A stretch of DNA of 63,922 nt, counting the filler, from an uncultured bacterium (GTDB lineage: Bacteria; Hinthialibacterota; Hinthialibacteria; Hinthialibacterales; Hinthialibacteraceae), in the NCBI GenBank assembly GCA_964449065.1. It is 3 parts of 3 records of this genome, joined end to end, with 100 filler letters (N's around TTAATTAATTAA, not from the genome) between each part and the next. Parts side by side here need not be neighbours in the genome. Positions count along the whole stretch, not along the records: positions 1 to 23,152 come from CAYVAZ010000034.1; 2 more parts are not named here. The stretch is one strand, 5' to 3'. The translations under genes and the position numbers were made by a program. Shown here piece after piece: positions 9,908 to 21,601 of the stretch. How positions within the stretch are numbered: the stretch's first letter is position 1; each line of letters starts with the position of its first letter. The notes under the pieces were generated by a model that was not told the origin of the DNA, did no database searches, and was given only the letters and a program-made list of their open reading frames with translations.

Positions 9908-11419
9908 ATGAATTCAACCAAAACCTGGCTGCTGATCATCCTATTGCTCATCGCGGGCGTTTTGCGCGCGGCCACCATTCATTACGGCACCAATGTCGAT
10001 GAAGGCGTCTATTGGGTTGAAGGCAAGCAGATGTTTGACGGATATTGGATCTATAGCGATACCCAATTCAACAAAACCCCGCTGGTTGCGCTGGTTGCTT
10101 ATCCTTTCTTTTTTATAGATGAAAATCCTATCTATCCCATGCGGGCGGCAATGCTGATTTTTTCCTTGTTGGGGTTGTTCTGCATTTACCGCTTAGCCCG
10201 GCAGTTGTTCGGGGAATGGGCGGGGATTGCCGCGCTTGCATTTATGGCATTGGAACCGTTTTCATGCGTATGGGCGAAGTATCTGCATACTTCTTCTTGG
10301 ACACCCTGGTTTCAGGCTGCTATCTTTTGGTTGTTGGTATCCGCGTTGCAGAATGAGAACAAAAAGACGTTATTTCTTTCCGGCGTTGTGTTGGGATTCT
10401 TCGCTCTCACAAAACAATCCGCAGTGTACGTTTTGCCGGTTGCATTAGCAGGATGGTTCTTATTCGCCCAACAAAAAACCATTCGCTCGTTTGTACGGGA
10501 TACCCTCATCTGGGGCGGCGGGATAGCCATCATCTTCATCCCGTTAGTATTGTTCATTGTTCTCTCTGGAACCTTCCCCGCCTTTTGGCATGACATCTGG
10601 ACGGCGCATCACAAAATCGCGCCGTGGTTTGCGCATCATACCTTGGCCTTTCGCATCAGCGAATCGCAATCCATCGTTTGGCTGGCCCCGGCGTTGTGGT
10701 TTTTGTCCCTTGGTTCTTTCCTGTTTTTTGCAGTCAAACAAAACCGGCGCGCGACACTGTTTGTGTGGATTTGGCTGATCGTTGAAGTGTGCGGCAATAT
10801 CATCTTTTTCACTCATTTATGGAGGCACTATTTGTTGGGCGTAATGCTGCCGTTCGCGATTCTGTCGGGGGCGTTTGTTGCCTATATCACCCGGACGATT
10901 GCGGCTAAGAGTGATAAAATGGGGAACTTGCGATCCAACAAGCTGCTTACCGCGATGGTAATTGCGATTGCCGTTATGATGGTGCCGTTTTGGCATCAGA
11001 ACGATTGGGATTACCCCGGCATTACGCTTGAGCAGGAAAAAAATCTCGCGCGGTATGTGTCGCGTGCCTGTGAGGAGCCGTATGTGTTGAACCTGACCAA
11101 CCCCGCGTTGTATGTGTGGGCGGATAAAAAGATTCCGCCGGTATATCAAGACGACCGCATGACGCGTATCCCGTACTTTATGACGCTGGCAGGCCGCGGC
11201 TACAACACACGTGAAGACCTTGAACGTACGGTGGAACATTGGGAAACATTGCCGGTCAATTGTGTTGTCAGCTATGACCGCTATATCCCGCAGATGCGGC
11301 AAAACCCGGTGTTGGAACCGCTGCGCGATTGGCTGCTTAACAACTTCGAAGCCCGGCGTGTTCGAGTAAGCGATGCTTATTACGGGAATTTTTTGCTTTT
11401 TGAACGCAAGCAAAATTAG
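9908..11419 (+). CDS. ArnT/PMT-like (GT-C fold) membrane glycosyltransferase
   Basis: NVDEGVY loop motif, KTPL, many TM helices, LTKQ. Confidence 0.8.
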   Translation: MNSTKTWLLIILLLIAGVLRAATIHYGTNVDEGVYWVEGKQMFDGYWIYSDTQFNKTPLVALVAYPFFFIDENPIYPMRAAMLIFSLLGLFCIYRLARQLFGEWAGIAALAFMALEPFSCVWAKYLHTSSWTPWFQAAIFWLLVSALQNENKKTLFLSGVVLGFFALTKQSAVYVLPVALAGWFLFAQQKTIRSFVRDTLIWGGGIAIIFIPLVLFIVLSGTFPAFWHDIWTAHHKIAPWFAHHTLAFRISESQSIVWLAPALWFLSLGSFLFFAVKQNRRATLFVWIWLIVEVCGNIIFFTHLWRHYLLGVMLPFAILSGAFVAYITRTIAAKSDKMGNLRSNKLLTAMVIAIAVMMVPFWHQNDWDYPGITLEQEKNLARYVSRACEEPYVLNLTNPALYVWADKKIPPVYQDDRMTRIPYFMTLAGRGYNTREDLERTVEHWETLPVNCVVSYDRYIPQMRQNPVLEPLRDWLLNNFEARRVRVSDAYYGNFLLFERKQN

Positions 11420-11597
11420 ATGCGGTTTGAAAGCACGCGAAATTTGAAAAGCACAATGCAATGTGCCCCTGTAACATAGAGGGTTCTACTCTACATCTAT
11501 CCTAATCAAACCTACTCATACCATTTCCAATTCGGATTGTTACTTTAGCGGGGCGATACGCTTGAGCGAAAAAATTACTTAGCGGTATTCTTTCTTA

Positions 11598-12269
11598 TCA
11601 ATCCTGTTTAACATTGGTATCCTTCTCATGCGCCCGGTTGAATGGTAGCGTCCAAAGGTAGATTGCGCTATAGTCCAGTTCATCAAGTTCACCGTAAATC
11701 TCATACGGATCATCGGGATTGCGGACATGTTGGATCAGCACATTCTTGTCAGGCGTAATGCCCTCGATATCGAAGTTGTGGGATACGATCCGTGATCCGG
11801 GTTTCATTTTTTCCAACTGCGGCAGCAGTTGAACATTCAGTTCCGGCAGCAGATACATCATAATCACATCGGCCTTGGATAAATCCAATTCAAATATATT
11901 CGCGTGTTGAATATCCACCAAATGATCCACCCCGGCGTCTTTGGCGTTTTTTCTCGCTTCCAAGACCCGTTCCATATCCAAATCAAACCCAATGCCGCTC
12001 ACACCATATTGCTTGGCCGCTTCCACAATGATCCTGCCGTCGCCGCAACCCAGATCATAAACGATATCATCTTCTTTTAGATCAGCCATCGCAAGCATCC
12101 TACTGACCACATTCATTGGTGTGGTGATAAACCGAACATCGATTTGATCGTCTTGGGTTTCATCTACCGGGTCGTTCTTTGCGCAAGACAGAATCATCAT
12201 CGCGCAAAAAAGAAACAGACCGGACAAACGTAAAGGGTTTGAAAATAGAGATTTATTGGATGTGCTCAT
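11598..12269 (-). CDS. Class I SAM-dependent methyltransferase (predicted lipoprotein)
   Basis: VYDLGCGDGRI, MYLLPELN, GSRIVSHNF; lipobox ILSC. Confidence 0.88.
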   Translation of the reverse strand: MSTSNKSLFSNPLRLSGLFLFCAMMILSCAKNDPVDETQDDQIDVRFITTPMNVVSRMLAMADLKEDDIVYDLGCGDGRIIVEAAKQYGVSGIGFDLDMERVLEARKNAKDAGVDHLVDIQHANIFELDLSKADVIMMYLLPELNVQLLPQLEKMKPGSRIVSHNFDIEGITPDKNVLIQHVRNPDDPYEIYGELDELDYSAIYLWTLPFNRAHEKDTNVKQD

Positions 12270-13540
12270 GCGTGTACAACGGTTTCCAGGGGAGCAATGT
12301 CTCCCGCTTCATCAAATGTGATATCAAACAACTCTGAAACACCGCATACATTTGGATTCCCGTTCACCTCTTCCCGCAGCGGCTTTGATACCCAAATCTT
12401 GGTCAATTCATTGGTGTTCTTGATCCGCAGCAGCCGCATGTTGTCTTTCGTAACCAATGACCCCAACGATTGCACCGCCGCCGCTACCGTTTCACGGTCT
12501 GTGGGGAAATGCAGCGGAATCGTGTAGCCCGCTAAATTGCGCGAGGTGATCGCGTTAATGTATGTCGTTTCGCGGTCCATTTTATCCAGCACTTTTTGAG
12601 TGCATAAATCCGCAAACCCCAATCCGGCGGCGTTGCCTTCGCTTTGGTCGGTCATATTCAGCACCACTATGCGTGTCATTTCCGGCTTGGCTAAGGTGCG
12701 GGTGTTGATGGTAATGCGCCGTCCCACGATTTTCGGATCCATCCCCGCGCCGCTGATGTTCTTGCCGATTTCATCCACAATCAGCAAATCGGCTTTTTCG
12801 ACCGGAAGCGAAGGCATTAGCGATTTGGATTCTTGCAGCAGTTGCGGTTCGCGCGTGCCGAATCGATCCGCGGGGACAATCTCGATCTTCGCGGTTTCGT
12901 GATAGGCATTTTCGATGACAGCCACCCCGCCCAGGATTTTGCCGGTGGCGAGTTTCTTTTCGGCCACTTTTTGGATGACATGGCCGTACGATGGAAACTC
13001 AGCAGACCAACTATGGCAGGCCGCCGCGCCGATCTTTTTGCCCAACCCGATGGTCGCCATTTTGTGCAGGCCGCTTTCGATCTCGTAGTCAAAATCGGTG
13101 TGCTGCTTGACACGGTTGATCAAGAGGATGCCGTCCGATTCATACGCGTTCCGATCGAAATACACTGGAATGCCCTCCGCGGTGGATTCGATCCGCACGG
13201 TATCCATCGAGGCCTTGAACGGAACGCCCATGCTTTCCGGGGTAACGCCGTATTCTTTCAGCAAATGCATTTGCCCTTCGGCGGTGCCGCCGGCGTGAGA
13301 GCCCATGCACGGAAAGATAAACGGCCGCGCGCCCACCGCTTTCAAACCCTCGATCACGGTTTTGGTGATGCCGGAAATATTGGTAATCCCCCGGCTGCCG
13401 ACACCCACGGCAATGGATTTGCCTTTTAATTGATCGAGGGGGATCACACCGCTCTTCAACGGATCAATCATGGCCGTCTCCAATGAGTGGATTTGCGGGC
13501 GGGGGAAAGATTGCTCAATCAAAGCGACACGGGGCAGCAT
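12266..13540 (-). CDS. LarA-like (lactate racemase domain) protein
   Basis: GVGSRGI, PCMGSHAGGTAEGQ, NRVKQHTDF, GKNISGAGMD. Confidence 0.8.
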   Translation of the reverse strand: MLPRVALIEQSFPRPQIHSLETAMIDPLKSGVIPLDQLKGKSIAVGVGSRGITNISGITKTVIEGLKAVGARPFIFPCMGSHAGGTAEGQMHLLKEYGVTPESMGVPFKASMDTVRIESTAEGIPVYFDRNAYESDGILLINRVKQHTDFDYEIESGLHKMATIGLGKKIGAAACHSWSAEFPSYGHVIQKVAEKKLATGKILGGVAVIENAYHETAKIEIVPADRFGTREPQLLQESKSLMPSLPVEKADLLIVDEIGKNISGAGMDPKIVGRRITINTRTLAKPEMTRIVVLNMTDQSEGNAAGLGFADLCTQKVLDKMDRETTYINAITSRNLAGYTIPLHFPTDRETVAAAVQSLGSLVTKDNMRLLRIKNTNELTKIWVSKPLREEVNGNPNVCGVSELFDITFDEAGDIAPLETVVHA

Positions 13541-13755
13541 GGTAGTTTCCTTTCCAAAATAAATATTGTAAAAGAATTATCCGAAAAAGCGAGACCCTAC
13601 CTCGATCAACATGTTGACGAACGCGGTAACGGCCAATGCGGCAAACGAAAAGAACCCCAGCCAAAGCGCGGCATCATAAGCCTTGCCGGGCTTGAGCCCC
13701 GGCAGGGATGCCTGCTATGCGATTCACTATACATAACACATTCGCAGTGAAATGA

Positions 13756-15411
13756 CTATTGATCCGGTTCTCGTACCACCCATTTCCATATCGGCGTTGG
13801 CGGATTGCCGGGCAGGAGGATTGATTTGGTGGGTCGGTAATTCGGCATTTCATTGGGGCGCATCAAGTAGTATGTTTTCACACTGGGATTTTGTTCGAAG
13901 TAGGGTTGGATATCGTTTCCCCTTGGCACAAACGTTACCGTTTCGATAGATTGGTTCCCGATCCATTGTTCAGGCTCGTATCGGTCAGAGAACAAAAAGA
14001 AGATATACGGGTATTCCGCGATGCCGGACACGACCACCTTCTCACCGGGCTGCCGCTGCTCCTGCCACCACTCAATTGCTTGCTGATACCCATATTGCCA
14101 ATGAGGCGCCGAATACACTGGATAGCGGAAAAACAGATCATACAAATAGATCGAAGGCAGCAGCACAACCGAAACCATCCATAAAACAACCAATGCCCGC
14201 TTGAGTTTAGCGGATATGATTTGAGGATAGGTTCGGGTGAGGTGCTGGAATTCTAAGATTCCATAAGCCGCGATGAGATGAACCACCGGCACGGCAAACA
14301 CACCGCGCAGCGCGTGGGGAATGCTTTCTGAGGTCAGCGCCGCGGAAATCGGGAAGCACAAAACCCAAACCAGCAGGACGCGGTCTCTCCACTCTCGCTT
14401 GCGAAGCGTTCTCCACAATCCCAAAAGCAGTAAGGGCAATAGATACCAATGCAGCTGCCCGAACACATTGGTATTGTGCCGCAGGTTTTGGTCGCCTTCC
14501 GCAAACAAAAACGCCGGCGATAGATGCAGCCCATAGTTTTGGAGCCATTCCAGCAGCAGATCCCAAACCGGCTGCCCGCGCAGGATGGTAATATCACTGA
14601 GCCGTGAGGTGCTTTCAGCAGAATCCAAGATCAAATGCAGCACTAAGGGAACACAGCCTATGACAAACATCATCCAAAACACGACAAAACTGCGGAAATA
14701 ATCCATCCCGTTGAAATGCTTGAATAAGCCCGGTGTAAAGGGAAGCAGCCACAACAACACAGCAAAAACGGGGATAAACAACCGGGCAGGCGCATAGGTG
14801 TACATTGCGATCAAAAAGAAAATCGCCGCAAAATGGACTTTTTTCTCGGACGGATGACTGCACGCGCGGTTTTGGGTGGATTGAGAAACGATGCCGATTT
14901 TTTCGGTTTGTAAAAACGGCAGAGTGTATCGCTCTCTTTGATTTTGTATAAAGAAATAGACCGCGAAAGGAATGCTGGCCGTCAGCAGGATGGATTGGTT
15001 CGCCCAGCGGCTCAACAGCAAACTCCACGGCGATAAGCACACGAACAATCCCGCCCAGAAGGCGATGTCTTTGCCCCACCAGCGGCGCGCCAATAAATAG
15101 ACCGCCAGCACGGACAGTGTGCCTCCTAACGCGGCGGGCAGCCGAACAGCAAATTCGTTCACTCCAAACAACCATAGAGATGGTATACTGAGGTATTGAT
15201 AGACAGCCGATGTGGTTCGGGTAAGCTCCCGCACAAATAGTGGATGGGCCTTTCCGGTTTGGTCTTGCCCGGTTTGAATCAGGCAATAGGCGGTATAGCC
15301 CTTATCGGCCTCGTCGCGAAAAAAACCGGCCGGGTTGCTCTGCAGTTGGATTGTGCGTAACAGCAGTGTAACCAGCAGCAAAGCGGTCATTAATAGAAAA
15401 TGTTTGTTCAT
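13756..15411 (-). CDS. ArnT/PMT-like (GT-C fold) membrane glycosyltransferase
   Basis: PAGFFRDEA, FGVNEFAVRLP, SPW, multi-TM, PHALR. Confidence 0.85.
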   Translation of the reverse strand: MNKHFLLMTALLLVTLLLRTIQLQSNPAGFFRDEADKGYTAYCLIQTGQDQTGKAHPLFVRELTRTTSAVYQYLSIPSLWLFGVNEFAVRLPAALGGTLSVLAVYLLARRWWGKDIAFWAGLFVCLSPWSLLLSRWANQSILLTASIPFAVYFFIQNQRERYTLPFLQTEKIGIVSQSTQNRACSHPSEKKVHFAAIFFLIAMYTYAPARLFIPVFAVLLWLLPFTPGLFKHFNGMDYFRSFVVFWMMFVIGCVPLVLHLILDSAESTSRLSDITILRGQPVWDLLLEWLQNYGLHLSPAFLFAEGDQNLRHNTNVFGQLHWYLLPLLLLGLWRTLRKREWRDRVLLVWVLCFPISAALTSESIPHALRGVFAVPVVHLIAAYGILEFQHLTRTYPQIISAKLKRALVVLWMVSVVLLPSIYLYDLFFRYPVYSAPHWQYGYQQAIEWWQEQRQPGEKVVVSGIAEYPYIFFLFSDRYEPEQWIGNQSIETVTFVPRGNDIQPYFEQNPSVKTYYLMRPNEMPNYRPTKSILLPGNPPTPIWKWVVREPDQ

Positions 15412-15496
15412 ATCGTCAATGGAATCTCGTTGACAGGATAACCTTCTGTCATCAAAATAGTAGAATCGATTTGTTCATTCGTGAATTGAGGATATC

Positions 15497-16993
15497 ATGA
15501 ACCATCCATCTGTTGCAGATGAGCCGTTACATCATTACTCGTATTGGCGGGTGTTTTTTTTAATTGTCGCGGGATTGACTCTTGTCTTGTCGATAGGTCT
15601 ACCGGTTAGCGGTTACAAACTTGTCAACAAGTTCAGCCAGATTCTCTTTCAACAAGTGATGCACGATAATGACGCCATCGCGGATTTCTTCATCCAATAC
15701 TTGGAAAACACACGGGAAAATTTTGATTCGGAACAAGAATGGCTGCGGCATATCCGGCGATTTGTGAACGAGTATGAAGTTCCCAATCAAGGGTATGTGT
15801 GTTTGATTGATCAGCAATCGAAACTGCAAGCCTATCCGGGCATTACCGAAGAGCAGTCCATCTCATTTGATTTAATTCCCTACAATGCGGAAAAGCACCG
15901 TTTCTTGACGGATATGCCTGTCACCATTCCTGATCTGTTTAACACAGAAAGTACAGGAGAAATATCCGGAGAAATACTGAAAGAGGATGGGGCGGATATT
16001 GTGGAATTTAAACGGGTAGTGATTGATGAAAAACCTTGGCTGGTCGGCATTCATCAGGGCAAGATGGATGTGGAGCAGCCCATCCGCGATTTGCTGCCGT
16101 TTATTGTCGGATTGGGGATCATTCTCTTTTTGGCGATCGTGATTCCGTTCGGAATATTCACCGGCTTTTTAATCCGCCAGCATGAATTGGTCCACAGCCA
16201 GCAAATCCATCAGATCGAAAAGCATACAAAGGAAATTGAGTATTTCGCGGAACAACTGCAAGAAACCAACAACCGCCTCAGTGAAATGCAGGCCGAAAAA
16301 AGCCGCCTGTACGCGCGGCTGTCGCATGATTTGCGCGCGCCGCTATCCAGTGTGTTGAGTGCGTGCAATTTGGTGGCCGAAGGCGCGTACGGCGAAGCGA
16401 CCGAAAAGCAAAAAACCGCCATGCAGCGGGTGGAACGCAATGTCAAAGTATTGCTGGAACTGATTGACAACATCCTGCAACTTTCCCGCATTGAAAGCGG
16501 AACGATCGAACTGAACCCCACCGCCTTTTCGCTGCCCGAATTGATAAACGAACTGCGGGAGAATATGTCTCCCGCCGCTGAATCCAAGCATCTCACCATC
16601 AAAACCGAAATCGATGAATCCATTTCGGATGTGATAACCGACCGGAACAAACTTTATCTCATTCTGCAAAATATGGTCAACAACGCCATTAAATTCACCC
16701 ATGCGGGAGCCATTACCCTACGGGCAACCCAGCAAGAAGAAACCGTTGAGATTTCGGTGAACGACACCGGTTCGGGGATTCGCAAAGAAGATCAGCTGAC
16801 CATTTTTCAAGAATTCGCGCGGGGGGAAAACGGCCCGACCGACCCCGGCGTTGGGCTGGGGCTGGCCATCACCAAAGACCTCACCGAATTATTGGGCGGC
16901 ACCATCGAGTTGCAAAGCGATGAAGGGGTTGGCAGCACCTTCACGGTTTCACTCCCCAAAAGCAACCAGGCCATTCCCACAGCAGTGGTTTAA
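15497..16993 (+). CDS. Membrane sensor histidine kinase
   Basis: Two TMs, SHDLRAPL H-box, NAIKF, DTGSGI, GVGLGL, GSTF. Confidence 0.95.
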   Translation: MNHPSVADEPLHHYSYWRVFFLIVAGLTLVLSIGLPVSGYKLVNKFSQILFQQVMHDNDAIADFFIQYLENTRENFDSEQEWLRHIRRFVNEYEVPNQGYVCLIDQQSKLQAYPGITEEQSISFDLIPYNAEKHRFLTDMPVTIPDLFNTESTGEISGEILKEDGADIVEFKRVVIDEKPWLVGIHQGKMDVEQPIRDLLPFIVGLGIILFLAIVIPFGIFTGFLIRQHELVHSQQIHQIEKHTKEIEYFAEQLQETNNRLSEMQAEKSRLYARLSHDLRAPLSSVLSACNLVAEGAYGEATEKQKTAMQRVERNVKVLLELIDNILQLSRIESGTIELNPTAFSLPELINELRENMSPAAESKHLTIKTEIDESISDVITDRNKLYLILQNMVNNAIKFTHAGAITLRATQQEETVEISVNDTGSGIRKEDQLTIFQEFARGENGPTDPGVGLGLAITKDLTELLGGTIELQSDEGVGSTFTVSLPKSNQAIPTAVV

Positions 16994-17058
16994 TCTTTGC
17001 TTGTACGGAAATGCGATTGTGGTAGACTCCCTAAAAACAGCATACCAAAGGGGAAAGC

Positions 17059-17373
17059 ATGGCAACCAAACAAGAACTCTACAATGAAGGCCTCGGATTA
17101 TTCGGCGAAGGAAAAATGGAAGAGGCCGTCGCAAAATACGATGAAGCTATCGCGCAGGATCCAAACGATGGCGAACTGCACATGGCCAAATCGATGGCCT
17201 ATCAGCGGATGGAAGATCATGACAACGCCTTGGAAAGCGCCAAAAAAGCGGTTGAAATCAGTCCACAGGAACCATTATTTCATACCAATCTATCCCGGTG
17301 TTTTCAAAAATTGGGGATGATTCAAGAAGCCGAAGACGCCATGGCGCTGGCCAACCAGCTCTCGATGGGATAA
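17059..17373 (+). CDS. Small TPR protein
   Basis: TPR-like helical pattern (AVAKYDEAIAQDP, AKKAVEISP). Confidence 0.8.
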   Translation: MATKQELYNEGLGLFGEGKMEEAVAKYDEAIAQDPNDGELHMAKSMAYQRMEDHDNALESAKKAVEISPQEPLFHTNLSRCFQKLGMIQEAEDAMALANQLSMG

Positions 17374-17384
17374 GAGGTTTTAAT

Positions 17385-17867
17385 ATGGCTGCCGAATTCG
17401 AACGTCTTGCCAAACGCTTTGTGATGAACAGCGGCCTGACCAAGAATATATTGGATGGCTTTGAGACATCCGATTGGCTCTACCGCCCGGAAGCGGGTGG
17501 AAATACCGCCCATTGGCTGATTGGCCATTTGGCGCTTTACCGCCGGATATTGCGCCGGAAACTGGGGGAAACGTTTGCAGAAGATGGGTGGGAACCGTAT
17601 TTCACTCCCCGCAATGAAACCGATCACACCCAAGACTATCCAGCTGCTATTGAATTGTTGGATGACTTTATGCGGTCTCGCAAACCACTCACGGAATTGT
17701 TTGCGTCATTGACCGAAGAACAAGCCGATGCCGATTGGGGTAGAGAATTTCCGGACGGTTCTACCACCATTCTTGGAGGGGCGTTTTTTCTGCATTTTCA
17801 TGAAACGTATCATATCGGGCAGTTGGGGTATATCCGGCGATTGTTGGGCAAACCCGGTTTGCTGTAA
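17385..17867 (+). CDS. DinB family protein
   Basis: NTAHWLIGHL and HETYHIGQL motifs; GAGG RBS before ATG 17385. Confidence 0.85.
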   Translation: MAAEFERLAKRFVMNSGLTKNILDGFETSDWLYRPEAGGNTAHWLIGHLALYRRILRRKLGETFAEDGWEPYFTPRNETDHTQDYPAAIELLDDFMRSRKPLTELFASLTEEQADADWGREFPDGSTTILGGAFFLHFHETYHIGQLGYIRRLLGKPGLL

Positions 17868-17869
17868 GA

Positions 17870-19321
17870 TCAATCTTGAAACCGCATGGAATAAATATCC
17901 GCGTCTTTTAATACGAAGCGTAAACGAATCGGTTGTTGCAATTCATTAAGATTGCTATTGCCGTTCCAAGTCACGACGCGTTCGATTTGATCCCCTGCAA
18001 TCAGATCACAATCTTCCAACCGGTATCCATCGAGAGGATGTTTGTCTTCATCCAACAATTCTACTTGAATGCTTCCTGCCGCTGAGGAAGCGTAATTCAG
18101 AACCAATTCACTTCCTGACATTTTGACCGGCTTGGTGATCGCCTCACCGCCTTCGTACCCGCCATGCAGAGAAATGAATCCATCCGTACGAAGGGATAAA
18201 CGCTCCAAATAATGTGTGGGTTGACCGTAATTGCGTTGAACGTACAACGCCATTTTCCGGTCACTGACGGGCACAACATTCAATGCGGGATAGTTGGCAC
18301 GTGCGGTCCAATCATGAGGGTCATTTCCAGGACGAATAAACGCTTTCATAAAGGTGCGGGTGTAGCGGTTCCCTCCCCGGCTGGTCATCAGTACGGTATC
18401 CGAGCAGCCGGACACAATGTTGCGGTAATTTGTGGGATTTTTGAGATTCAAGCGTTCGATTTGTTCATTCGTTAGGGCTTGTTTATTGGGCAGAAACCGC
18501 GCGGCTGTGGAAATGTAGATATGCGGGGCGCGAAAGTAAGGCGCGGTTTGATTGGTATAGATGTGCTCGCGGGGAGTGTCTCCAAAATCCATCTCTACCG
18601 GTTGGCTCCAGTGAACAAAATCTTTGGATGTTACCCGGCTTACCGAGCGGTAGCCAGAATAGCCCGTCTTCGTCCACGTGCGGAAATAGCAGATATACTG
18701 CTTTTCATGCCGCGACCAGAAGATGACATTTTGCGAGTCGAACTTGCCATCGGTGATGATGGGTTCCTCCCGCAATTTTTTCCAATGAATGCCATCTGGT
18801 GAGATATAGGCGATGAGGCCGCTTTTTTCATTGCCGCCAACCGCTTTATAGCGTTCGGATTCCGGGACACCGGGACGGGTGTCTAAAAAGGGGGAAAAGT
18901 TGTGTGTGACGCTTCCGGCGTTGATGAGAATTATATTATTGTCGCGGGTTCCGTCGATTTCATAAATGCCTAAATCCGGTTTGGTCCAGTCGATGCCGTT
19001 TGGGCTTTCGGCATAGCAGGTCACTTCCCGCGCGTCGTCGTCGCTGTATACCACCGGCAGGCCGCGGTAGTACATGCGGTAGGTTTCGTTGTCATGAATG
19101 ACGGTGACATAGCCGCACAATCCGCCTTCCCACGGTTTATCAAACTTCAACGCAACGCCTTCACGCTTGGGGTGATGCAGCCGCAATTCCGCTCCATTCA
19201 TCTCATCGATCAAGTAATCATCGGCAAACAACGCAAGGCGGGTGTTGATCTCGATGACTTGGGCGCGGATTGTAGATACCATACACAAAAGAAAAATTGA
19301 ACTACCAAAAATTCGCATCAT
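17870..19321 (-). CDS. Secreted beta-propeller glycoside-hydrolase-like protein
   Basis: Signal peptide, repeated S-x-D/N-G-x-x-W boxes, LRTDGF and C-terminal IRLRF beta domain. Confidence 0.7.
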   Translation of the reverse strand: MMRIFGSSIFLLCMVSTIRAQVIEINTRLALFADDYLIDEMNGAELRLHHPKREGVALKFDKPWEGGLCGYVTVIHDNETYRMYYRGLPVVYSDDDAREVTCYAESPNGIDWTKPDLGIYEIDGTRDNNIILINAGSVTHNFSPFLDTRPGVPESERYKAVGGNEKSGLIAYISPDGIHWKKLREEPIITDGKFDSQNVIFWSRHEKQYICYFRTWTKTGYSGYRSVSRVTSKDFVHWSQPVEMDFGDTPREHIYTNQTAPYFRAPHIYISTAARFLPNKQALTNEQIERLNLKNPTNYRNIVSGCSDTVLMTSRGGNRYTRTFMKAFIRPGNDPHDWTARANYPALNVVPVSDRKMALYVQRNYGQPTHYLERLSLRTDGFISLHGGYEGGEAITKPVKMSGSELVLNYASSAAGSIQVELLDEDKHPLDGYRLEDCDLIAGDQIERVVTWNGNSNLNELQQPIRLRFVLKDADIYSMRFQD

Positions 19322-19405
19322 ATTGTTTCTCTCCGAAATTGTTTTTCAGTTTGTGATCATGAGGAAAAATTGTTGATCTCGCAAGTGCCGATGCCATGCA
19401 AATGA

Positions 19406-20518
<1,113 letters not shown>

Positions 20519-21183
20519 AATGATTTGAGATGGTTTCCAAACTGTGATCCACATTGGGTTGCAATAATCACTGCCATTTCGAAAAAGACGACAGCGTTTC
20601 AAAATCGAATAGCCGGGATGCATCGGCTTCCAGCCGGTAACTGTGTGTGCAATTATTAGGGTAAGGTGGGCTCAAAGCGCAGCGAGCCTTGGGAGGGCAA
20701 GGCTCCCGCTGAGCCAAAAGGGTGGGTCGCGCCGTTCTGCTCCACCGGATTTTCTCTCGGTAAGAGTGCAAATAACTCGATAGTTCACGGCATCCTCCAT
20801 GTCATTGATTTAAGCAATCAAACTTGAAAACGCAATATCCTCTCCCCCAAGATTGGAAGACACAGAGGGGGGTGTGATGAACGCAATCACCTAATTTATT
20901 ACACAAATCGCCCGGAATTTTATTAAGTCAATGACATTGCCCCCTACCCCCCCGTGGGGCTGCCTCATCACAAGCAAGAGCGCCGTTCCAAAACCCCCTT
21001 GCATTAGGGGGTGGAGCCATAGGCTCCGGGGGATTTTGTGTTGTTGGGTTACGCTTCGATCTCCACTGTTTCGCGAACCCAATCGGGAATTGCTTACGCC
21101 GCATGACCAGCGGGAGAAGTGGCATGCACCCGTCGCTGCCAATACTATATTCGTTTGGGGAGGCCGGGGCTCCTGCCGGGCCG
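20519..21183. repeat. Intergenic patch of several REP/MITE-like palindromes
   Basis: Two GGGAGG..GGCTCC REP copies, ACCCCCTTGCATTAGGGGGT hairpin, C-run/G-run dyads; no credible ORF. Confidence 0.55.
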
Positions 21184-21400
21184 GAATTGGAACTCAAAAA
21201 GGGTGATCTGGTGGTACGGCACCGTGGCTATTTGCTCTATGATGAGATGCAACGGCATTTGGGTGCGGAATCGGACTGTATCTACCGGCATAAGTCGCGA
21301 AACACCTACTGGAATCCGCAAAGAGTACGGGATACTCATTAGTGAAATGAAACTTCTAAAATATTTGATCAACAATCTGGATCGCTTGGTAGAGGCTCTG
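21184..21400 (+). pseudogene. IS4-family DDE transposase remnant
   Basis: ELELKKGDLVVRHRGYLLYDEMQRHLGAESDCIYRHK resembles the IS4 GDL-x-x-x-DRGY...R-x-K segment (D to H), then frameshifts; no start, no IS ends. Confidence 0.45.
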
Positions 21401-21601
21401 TATGTTTTACACTCGACTACAGGCAGACAACCTATTTTGGTTGTGTGGGCAAGATACTGCGCGTATGATAACAGAAAACGCCGCAACTTTCCTGATAAAA
21501 TGGAAGCCGCTTTTCATGCCTGGAACGTAAGTTAACGCGTATGCCCTTTGGGGTAAACGGCAAAAGCATACATTACATTATCTATATAGGGAGACACCAC
21601 C

